Shown: piece after piece, positions 49,901 to 61,600 of the stretch
Layout: each line of letters starts with the position of its first letter
How positions within the stretch are numbered: position 1 is the stretch's first letter
Assembly: GCA_964016885.1 (NCBI GenBank)
Contig: OZ024745.1
Coordinates: forward strand, 6,324,001 to 6,388,000
DNA: 64,000 bases
Reading direction: 5' to 3'
DNA from: Eledone cirrhosa
Lineage: Eukaryota
Position numbers and translations under genes: made by a program
Notes under the pieces: generated by a model
Told to the model about the DNA's origin: nothing
Seen by the model: the letters and a program-made list of their open reading frames with translations, nothing else
The model's database searches: none

Positions 49901-52590
49901 TCTGACAGTACTATATTACTGTCAGATAAAGTATTATATTACTGTCAGATATAGTGTTATAATACTGTAAGATATAGTATTATATTACTGTCAGATATAG
50001 TGTGATAATACTGTCTGATATAGTATTATAATACTGTCAGATATAGTATTATTATACTGTCAGATATAGTATTATATTACTGTCAGATATAGTGTGATAA
50101 TACTGTCTGATATAGTATTATAAGACTGTCAGATATTGTATTATATTACTGTCAGATATAGTATTATAATACTTCTCAGATATAGTATTATATTACTGTT
50201 AGATATAGTATTATAATACTGTCAGATATTGTATTATATTACTGTCAGATATAGTATTATAATATTTCTCAGATATAGTATTATATTACTGTCAGATATA
50301 GTATTATAATACTGTCTAACCGTATTATATTACTGTCAGATATAGTATTATATTACTGTCAGATATAGTGTTATAATACTGTCTGATATAGTATTATAAT
50401 ACTGTCAGTTATAGTATTATATTACTGTCAGATATAGTATTATATTACTGTTAGATATAGTATTATAATACTGTCAGATATTGTATTATATTACTGTCAG
50501 ATATAGTATTATAATATTTCTCAGATATAGTATTATATTACTGTCAGATATAGTATTATAATACTGTCTAACCGTATTATATTACTGTCAGATATAGTAT
50601 TATATTACTGTCAGATATAGTGTTATAATACTGTCTGATATAGTATTATAATACTGTCAGTTATAGTATTATATTACTGTCAGATATAGTATTATATTAC
50701 TGTCAGATATAGTATTATAATACTGTCAGATATAGTATTATAATACTGTCAGATATAGTATTATAATACTGGCAGATATAGTATTATATTACTGTCAGAT
50801 ATAGTATTATAATACTGTCTGATATTGTATTATATCACTGTCAGATATAGTATTATAATACTCTCAGTTATAGTATTATATTACTGTCAGATATAGTATT
50901 ATATTACTGTCAGATATAGTATTATATTACTGTCAGATATATTATTAATTTACTGTCAGATATAGTATTATAATACTGTCAGATATTGTATTATATCACT
51001 GTCAGATATAGTATTATATTACTGTCTGATATAGTATTATATCACTGTCAGATGAAGTATTATAATGATGTCAGATATAGTATTATAATACTGTCAGATA
51101 TAGTATTATAATACTGTCAGATATGTTATTATAATACTGTAAGATATAGTATTATATTACTGTCAGATTCAGTATTATAATACTGTCAGATATAGTATTA
51201 TAATACTGTCAGATATAGTATTATAATACTGTCAGATATAGTATTATATTACTGTTAGATATAGTATTATAATACTGTCAGATATAATGTTATAATACTG
51301 TCAGATATAGTATTATAATACTGTCAGATATAGTATTATATTACTGTCAGATATATTATTATATTACTGACAGATATAGTATTGTATTGCTGTCAGATAT
51401 AGAATTATAATACTGTCAGATATAATTTTATAATACTGTCAGATATAGTATTATAATACTGTCAGATATAGTATTATATTATTGTCAGATATAGTATTAT
51501 AATACTGTCTGATATAGTATTATAATATTGTCAGATATAGTATTATATTACTGTCAGATATAGTATTATATTACCGTCAGATATAGTATTATAATACTGT
51601 CAGATATAATATTATAACACTGTCAGATATAGAATTATAATACTGTCTGATATAGTATTATATTATTGTCAGATATAGTATTATATTACTGTCAGATAAA
51701 GTATTATATTACTGTTAGATATAGTATTATAATACTGTCAGATATAGTATTATATTATTGTCAGATATAGTATTATATTACTGTCTGATATAGTATTAAA
51801 ATACTGTCAGATACAGTATTATATTACTGTCAGATATAGTATTATAATACTGTCTGATATTGTATTATATTACTGTTTGATATAGTATTATATTTCTGTC
51901 TGATATAGTATTATATTACTGTCAGATATAGTATTATAATACTGTCAGATATAGTATTATAATACTGTCAGATATAGTATTATATTACTCTTAGATATAG
52001 TATTATATTACTGTCAGATATAGTATTATATTACTGTCAGATATAGTATTATAATACTGTCAGATATAGTATTATAATACTGTCAGATATAGTATTATAA
52101 TACTGTCAGATATAGTATTATATTACTGTCAGATATTGTATTATATTACTGTCAGCTATAGTATTATAATACTGTCTGACAGTACTATATTACTGTCAGA
52201 TAAAGTATTATATTACTGTCAGATATAGTGTTATAATACCGTAAGATATAGTATTATATTACTGTCAGATATAGTGTGATAATACTGTCTGATATAGTAT
52301 TATAATACTGTCAGATATAGTATTATAATACTGTCAGATATAGTATTATATTACTGTCAGATATAGTGTGATAATACTGTCTGATATAGTATTATAATAC
52401 TGTCAGATATTGTATTATATTACTGTCAGATATAGTATTATAATACTTCTCAGATATAGTATTATATTACTGTTAGATATAGTTTTATAATTGTTTCTAC
52501 TTTTGGCACAAGGCCAGTAATTACCCAGTGCATTACTGGTACTTTATTTTATCGACCCCGTAAGGATGAAAGGCAAAGTTAACCTCGGCG

Positions 52591-52602
52591 GGATTTGAAC
52601 TC
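52591..52602 (-). promoter_or_regulatory. RNA polymerase III internal promoter B box of the SINE
   Basis: Minus strand GAGTTCAAATCC matches GWTCRANNC and lies about 51 nt downstream of the A box. Confidence 0.82.
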
Positions 52603-52653
52603 AGAATGGCAAGGGCCGTAACTATGCGTCAAAGCATGGCGTCCGACTCTCTA

Positions 52654-52665
52654 CCGATACTGCCA
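52654..52665 (-). promoter_or_regulatory. RNA polymerase III internal promoter A box of the SINE
   Basis: Minus strand TGGCAGTATCGG resembles TRGCNNARYGG and is followed by TAGA, as in a tRNA D-arm. Confidence 0.7.
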
Positions 52666-55600
52666 AATACTGTCAGATATTGTATTATATTACTGTCAGA
52701 TATAGTATTATAATATTTCTCAGATATAGTATTATATTACTGTCAGATATAGTAATATAATACTGTCTAACCGTATTATATTACTGTCAGATATAGTATT
52801 ATATTACTGTCAGATATAGTGTTATAATACTGTCTGATATAGTATTATAATACTGTCAGTTATAGTATTATATTACTGTCACATATAGTATTATATTACT
52901 GTCAGATATAGTATTATAATACTGTCAGATATAGTATTATAATACTGTCAGATATAGTATTATAATACTGTCAGATATAGTATTATATTACTGTCAGATA
53001 TAGTATTATAATACTGTCTGATATTGTATTATATCACTGTCAGATATAGTATTATAATACTCTCAGTTATAGTATTATATTACTGTCAGATATAGTATTA
53101 TATTACTGTCAGATATAGTATTATATTACTGTCAGATATAGTATTAATTTACTGTCAGATATAGTATTATAATACTGTCAGATATTGTATTATATCACTG
53201 TCAGATATAGTATTATATTACTGTCAGATGAAGTATTATAATGATGTCAGATATAGTATTATAATACTGTCAGATATAGTATTATAATACTGTCAGATAT
53301 GTTATTATAATACTGTAAGATATAGTATTATATTACTGTCAGATTCAGTATTATAATACTGTCAGATATAGTATTATATTACTGTCAGATATATTATTAT
53401 ATTACTGACAGATATAGTATTGTATTGCTGTCAGATATAGAATTATAATACTGTCAGATATAATTTTATAATACTGTCAGATATAGTATTATAATACTGT
53501 CAGATATAGTATTATATTATTGTCAGATATAGTATTATAATACTGTCTGATATAGTATTATAATATTGTCAGATATAGTATTATATTACTGTCAGATATA
53601 GTATTATATTACCGTCAGATATAGTATTATAATACTGTCAGATATAATATTATAACACTGTCAGATATAGAATTATAATACTGTCTGATATAGTATTATA
53701 TTATTGTCAGATATAGTATTATATTACTGTCAGATAAAGTATTATATTACTGTTAGATATAGTATTATAATACTGTCAGATATAGTATTATATTATTGTC
53801 AGATATAGTATTATATTACTGTCTGATATAGTATTATATTACTGTTTGATATAGTATTATATTTCTGTCTGATATAGTATTATATTACTGTCAGATATAG
53901 TATTATAATACTGTCAGATATAGTATTATAATACTGTCAGATATAGTATTATATTACTCTTAGATATAGTATTATATTTCTGTCAGATATAGTATTATAT
54001 TACTGTCAGATATAGTATTATAATACTGTCAGATATAGTATTATAATACTGTCAGATATAGTATTATAATACTGTCAGATATAGTATTATATTACTGTCA
54101 GATATTGTATTATATTACTGTCAGCTATAGTATTATAATACTGTCTGACAGTACTATATTACTGTCAGATAAAGTATTATATTACTGTCAGATATAGTGT
54201 TATAATACCGTAAGATATAGTATTATATTACTGTCAGATATAGTGTGATAATACTGTCTGATATAGTATTATAATACTGTCAGATATAGTATTATAATAC
54301 TGTCAGATATAGTATTATATCACTGTCAGATATAGTATTATAATACTGTCAGATATTGTATTATATCACTGTCAGATATTGTATTATAGTACTGTCAGAT
54401 ATAGTATTATAATATTCCTGATACTGTATAATATCACTGTCAGATATAGTATTATAATACTCTCAGATATATTATTATATTACTGTCAGATATAGTATTA
54501 TAATACTATCAGATATAATATTATAATACTGTCAGATATAGAATTATATTACTGTCAGATATAGTATTATATTATTGTCAGATATAGTATTATAATACTG
54601 TCAGATATAGTATTATATTACTGTTAGATATAGTATTATAATACTGTCAGATATAATGTTATAATACTGTCAGATATATTATTATATTACTCTCAGATAT
54701 AGTATTATAATGCTATCAGATATAGTATTATATTACTGTCAGATATAGCATTATATTACTGTCAGATATAGTATTATAATGCTGTCAGATAGAGTATTAC
54801 AATACTGTCTGACAGTATTATATTCCTGTCAGATATAGTATTATATTACTGTTAGATATAGTGTTATAATACTGTCAGATATAGTATTATAATACTGTCA
54901 GATATAGTATTATAGTACTGTCAGATATAGTAATATATTATGTCAGATATAGTATTATATTACTGTCAGATATAGTATTATATTACTGTCTGATATAGTA
55001 TTATAATACTGTCAGATATAGTATTATATTACTGTCAGATATAGTATTATATTACTGTCTGATACAGTATTATAATACCGTCAGATATAGTATTATATTA
55101 CTGTCTGACAGTATTATATTATTGTCAGATATAGTATTATATTACTGTCAGATATAGTGTTATAATACTGTCAGATACAGTATTATATTACTGTCAGATA
55201 TAGTATTATAATACTGTCTGATATTGTATTATATTACTGTTTGATATAGTATTATATTTCTGTCTGATATAGTATTATATTACTGTCAGATATAGTATTA
55301 TAATACTGTCAGATATAGTATTATAATACTGTCAGATATAGTATTATATTACTTTTAGATATAGTATTATATTACTGTCAGATACAGTATTATATTACTG
55401 TCAGATATAGTATTATAATACTGTCAGATATAGTATTATAATACTGTCAGATATAGTATTATAATACTGTCAGATATAGTATTATATTACTGTCAGATAT
55501 AGTATTATATTACTGTCAGATATAGTATTATAATACTGTCAGATAGAGTATTACAATACTGTCTGACAGTATTATATTCCTGTCAGATATAGTATTATAT

Positions 55601-58600
55601 TACTGTTAGATATAGTGTTATAATACTGTCAGATATAGTATTATAATACTGTCAGATATAGTATTATAGTACTGTCAGATATAGTAATATATTATGTCAG
55701 ATATAGTATTATATTACTGTCAGATATAGTATTATATTACTGTCTGATATAGTATTATAATACCGTCAGATATAGTATTATATTACTGTCAGATATATTA
55801 TTATATTACTGTCTGATACAGTATTATAATACCGTCAGATATAGTATTATATTACTGTCAGACAGTATTATATTATTGTCAAATATAGTATTATATTACT
55901 GTCAGATATAGTGTTATAATACTGTCAGATATAGTATTATATTACTGTCAGATATAGTGTTATAATACTGTATGATAGAGTATTATAATATTGTCAGATA
56001 TTGTATTATATTTCTGTCAGATATAGTATTATAATACTTCTCAGATATAGTATTATATTACTGTTAGATATAGTACTATAATACTGTCAGATATTGTATT
56101 ATATTACTGTCAATTATAGTATTATAATACTTCTCAGATATAGTATTATATTACTGTCAGATATAGTATTATAATACTGTGTGACAGTATTATATTACTG
56201 TCAGATATAGTATTATATTACTGTCAGATATAGTATTATAATACTGTCAGATATAGTGTTATGATACTGTCAGATATAGTATTATAATACTGTCAGATAT
56301 ACTATTATATTACTGTTAGATATAGTATTATAATACTGTCAGATATATTATTATAATACTGTCTGAGATAGTATTATATTACTGTCAGATATAGTATTAT
56401 ATTACTGTCAGATATAATATTATATTACTGTCTGATATAGTATTATAATACTGTATGATAGAATATTATATTATTGTCAGATATAGTATTATAATACTCT
56501 CAGATATAGTATTATATTACTGTTAGATATAGTATTATAATACTGTCTGTTATAGTATTATAATACTGTCAGATATAGTATTATATTACTGTTAGATATA
56601 GTATTATATTACTGTCAGATATAGTATTATATTACTGTCAGATATAGTATTATAATACTGTCAGATATAGTATTATAATACTGTCAGATATAGTATTATA
56701 TTACTGTCAGATATAGTATTATATTACTGTCAGATATAGTATTATAATACTATCTTATAGAGTATTATAATACTGTCAGATATAGCATTATATTACTGTC
56801 AGATATAGTATTATAAACTGTCAGATATAGTATTATAATACTGTCAGATATAGTATTATAATACTGTCAGATATAGTATTATAATACTGTCAGTTATAGT
56901 ATTATAACACTGTCAGATATAGTATTATAATACTGTCAGATATAGTATTATAATACTGTCAGATATATTATTATAATACTGTGAGATATAGTATTATATT
57001 ACTGTCAGATATAGTATTATAATACTGTCTTATATTGTATCATATCACTGTCAGATATAGTATAATAATACTGTCAGTTATAGTATTATATTACTGTCAG
57101 ATATAGTATTATAATACTGTCAGATATTGTATTATATCACTGTCAGATATAGTATTATAATACTGTCAGATATATTTATTATATCACTGTCAGATATTGT
57201 ATTATAGTACTGTCAGATATAGTATTATAAAATTTCTGATACTGTATTATATCACTGTCAGATATAGTATTATAATACTCTCAGATATAGTATTATATTA
57301 CTGTCAGATATAGTATTATAATACTGTCAGATATATTATTATAATACTGTAAGATATAATATTATATTACTGTCAGATATAGTATTATAATACTATCAGA
57401 TATAATATTATAATACTGTCAGATATAGAATTATATTACTGTCAGAAATAGTATTATATTATTGCCAGATATAGTATTATAATACTGTCAGATATAGTAT
57501 TATATTACTGTTAGATATAGTATTATAATACTGTCAGATATAATGTTATAATACTGTCAGATATATTATTATATTACTGTCAGATATAGTATTATAATGC
57601 TATCAGATATAGTATTATATTACTGTCAGATATAGTATTATATTACTGTCAGATATAGTATTATAATACTGTCAGATAGAGTATTACAATACTGTCTGAC
57701 AGTATTATATTCCTGTCAGATATAGTATTATATTACTGTTAGATATAGTGTTATAATACTGTCAGATATAGTATTATAATACTGTCAGATATAGTATTAT
57801 AGTACTGTCAGATATAGTAATATATTATGTCAGATATAGTATTATATTACTGTCAGATATAGTATTATATTACTGTCTGATATAGTATTATAATACTGTC
57901 AGATATAGTATTATATTACTGTCAGATATATTATTATATTACTGTCTGATACAGTATTATAATACCGTCAGATATAGTATTATATTACTGTCTGACAGTA
58001 TTATATTATTGTCAAATATAGTATTATATTACTGTCAGATATAGTGTTATAATACTGTCAGATATAGTATTATATTACTGTCAGATATAGTGTTATAATA
58101 CTGTATGATAGAGTATTATAATATTGTCAGATATTGTATTATATTTCTGTCAGATATAGTATTATAATACTTCTCAGATATAGTATTATATTACTGTTAG
58201 ATATAGTATTATAATACTGTCAGATATTGTATTATATTACTGTCAGATATAGTATTATAATACTGTTAGATATAGTATTATAATACTGTCAGATATAGTA
58301 TTATAATACTGTCTGAGATAGTATTATATTACTGTCAGATATAGTATTATATTACTGTCAGATATAATATTATATTACTGTCTGATATAGTATTATAATA
58401 CTGTATGATAGAGTATTATATTATTGTCAGATATAGTATTATAATACTCTCAGATATAGTATTATATTACTGTCAGATATAGTATTATATTACTGTCAGA
58501 TATAGTATTATAATACTGTCAGATATAGTGTTATAATACTGTCAGATATAGTATTATAATACTGTCAGATATACTATTATATTACTGTTAGATATAGTAT

Positions 58601-61600
58601 TATAATACTGTCAGATATAGTATTATAGTACTGTCTGAGATAGTATTATATTACTGTCAGATATAGTATTATATTACTGTCAGATATAATATTATATTAC
58701 TGTCTGATATAGTATTATAATACTGTATGATAGAGTATTATATTATTGTCAGATATAGTATTATAATACTCTCAGATATAGTATTATATTACTGTTAGAT
58801 ATAGTATTATAATACTGTCTGATATAGTATTATAATACTGTCAGATATAGTATTATATTACTGTTAGATATAGTATTATATTTCTGTCTGATATCGTATT
58901 ATATTACTGTCAGATATAGTATTATAATACTGTCAGATATAGTATTATAATACTGTCAGATATAGTATTATATTACTGTTAGATATAGTATTATATTACT
59001 GTCAGATATAGTATTATATTACTGTCAGATATAGTATTATAATACTGTCGGATATAGTATTATAATACTGTCAGATATAGTATTATAATACTGTCTGATA
59101 TTGTATTATATCACTGTCAGATATAGTATTATATTACTGTCTGATATAGTATTATATCACTGTCAGATAAAGTATTATAATACTGTCAGATATAGTATTA
59201 TAATACTGTCAGATATAGTATTATAATACTGTCAGATATAGTATTATATTACTGTCAGATATATTATTATATTACTGACAGATATAGTATTGTATTGCTG
59301 TCAGATATAGAATTATAATACTGTCAGATATAATGTTATAATACTGTCTGATATAGTATTATAATACTGTCAGATATAGTATTATATTATTGTCAGATAT
59401 AGTATTATAATACTGTCTGCTATAGTATTATAATATTGTCAGATATAGTATTATATTACTGTCAGATATAGTATTATATTACTGTCAGATATAGTATTAT
59501 AATACTGTCAGATATAATATTATAACACTGTCAGATATAGAATAATAATACTGTCTCATATAGTATTATATTATTGTCAGATATAGTATTATATTACTGT
59601 CAGATAAAGTATTATATTACTGTTAGATATAGTATTATAATACTGTCAGATATAGTATTATATTATTGTCAGATATAGTATTATATTACTGTCTGATATA
59701 GTATTAAAATACTGTCAGATACAGTATTATATTACTGTCAGATATAGTATTATAATACTGTCTGATATTGTATTATATTACTGTTTGATATAGTATTATA
59801 TTTCTGTCTGATATAGTATTATATTACTGTCAGATATAGTATTATAATACTGTCAGATATAGTATTATAATACTGTCAGATATAGTATTATATTACTTTT
59901 AGATATAGTATTATATTACTGTCAGATACAGTATTATATTACTGTCAGATATAGTATTATAATACTGTCAGATATAGTATTATAATACTGTCAGATATAG
60001 TATTATAATACTGTCAGATATAGTATTATATTACTGTCAGATATTGTATTATATTACTGTCAGCTATAGTATTATAATACGGTCTGACAGTACTATATTA
60101 CTGTCAGATAAAGTATTATATTACTGTCAGATATAGTGTTATAATACTGTAAGATATAGTATTATATTACTGTCAGATATAGTGTGATAATACCGTCTGA
60201 TATAGTATTATAATACTGTCAGATATAGTATTATAATACTGTCAGATATACTATTATATTACTGTCAGATATAGTGTGATAATACTGTCTGATATAGTAT
60301 TATAATACTGTCAGATATTGTATTATATTACTGTCAGATATAGTATTATAATACTTCTCAGATATAGTATTATATTACTGTTAGATATAGTATTATAATA
60401 CTGTCAGATATTGTATTATATTACTGTCAGATATAGTATTATAATATTTCTCAGATATAGTATTATATTACTGTCAGATATAGTATTATAATACTGTCAG
60501 ATATTGTATTATATTACTGTCAGATATAGTATTATATTATTGTCAGATATAGTGTTATAATACTGTCTGATATAGTATTATAATACTGTCAGTTATAGTA
60601 TTATATTACTGTCAGATATAGTATTATATTACTGTCAGATATAGTATTATAATACTGTCAGATATAGTATTATAATACTGTCAGATATAGTATTATAATA
60701 CTGTCAGATATAGTATTATATTACTGTCAGATATAGTATTATAATACTGTCTGATATTGTATTATATCACTGTCAGATATAGTATTATAATACTCTCAGT
60801 TATAGTATTATATTACTGTCAGATATAGTATTATATTACTGTCAGATATAGTATTATATTACTGTCAGATATAGTATTAAGTTACTGTCAGATATAGTAT
60901 TATAATACTGTCTGATATTGTATTATATCACTGTCAGATATAGTATTATATTCCTGTCTGATATAGTATTATATCACTGTCAGATAAAGTATTATAATGC
61001 TGTCAGATATAGTATTATAATACTGTCAGATATAGTATTATAATACTGTCAGATATGTTATTATAATACTGTAAGATATAGTATTATATTACTGTCAGAT
61101 ATAGTATTATAATACTGTCAGATATAGTATTATAATACTGTCAGATATAGTATTATAATACTGTCAGATATAGTATTATATTACTGTTAGATATAGTATT
61201 ATAATACTGTCAGATATAATGTTATAATACTGTCAGATATAGTATTATAATACTGTCTGATATAGTATTATAATATTGTCAGATATAGTATTATATTACT
61301 GTCAGATATAGTATTATATTACTGTCAGATATAGTATTATAATACTGTCAGATATAATATTATAACACTGTCAGATATAGAGTTATAATACTGTCTGATA
61401 TAGTATTATATTATTGTCAGATATAGTATTATATTACTGTCAGATAAAGTATTATATTACTGTTAGATATAGTATTATAATACTGTCAGATATAGTATTA
61501 TATTATTGTCAGATATAGTATTATATTACTGTCTGATATAGTATTAGAATACTGTCAGATACAGTATTATATTACTGTCAGATATAGTATTATAATACTG

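Larger units (their letters stand above)
1..52491. repeat. 23-bp AT-rich tandem satellite array (left arm), consensus ATATAGTATTATAWTACTGTCAG
   Basis: Period read directly, e.g. ATACTGTCAG at 81 and 104. Uninterrupted, same-orientation monomers with point variants and occasional 21-, 22- and 24-bp monomers. Runs off the left edge of the window. Confidence 0.99.
52492..52665 (-). mobile_element. tRNA-derived SINE (174 bp, probably slightly 5'-truncated) inserted into the satellite
   Basis: Only non-satellite, GC-balanced sequence in the window. The minus strand reads TGGCAGTATCGGTAGAG... (A box), ...GAGTTCAAATCCCG (B box), ...GGTTAACTTTGCCTTTCATCCTTACGGGGTCGATAAAATAAAGTACCAG (resembles the Meta/MESC SINE core, from recall), ...GGCCTTGTGCCAAAAGTAGAAACA. 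AAT is duplicated at 52489-52491 and 52666-52668. The paralogous empty site is at about 46951-46970, and the offset to it jumps from 5530 to 5707 (+177 = 174+3). Confidence 0.88.
44260..55500 (+). repeat. Tandem higher-order duplication, period about 5.3-5.7 kb; the second copy carries the SINE
   Basis: TTACTTTTAG 44433/49711 (+5278). GATGAAGT 45521/51051, TGTCAGATTC 45631/51161 and AGTTTTATAA 46951/52481 (+5530). After the SINE the offset is +5707 (47521/53228), then +5638 (ATAATATTCC 48771/54409). Boundaries approximate. Confidence 0.85.

Noticed and set aside
52580-52665. Functional tRNA gene on the minus strand
   Set aside because: A and B boxes are present, but the 5' acceptor-stem strand is missing, I cannot fold a convincing cloverleaf, and it continues into a SINE-like body. 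It is better read as a tRNA-derived SINE head.
52489-52668. MITE or DNA transposon with a 3-bp TSD
   Set aside because: The ends (TGTTTCTAC... and ...ATACTGCCA) are not terminal inverted repeats, and the Pol III boxes favour a SINE.
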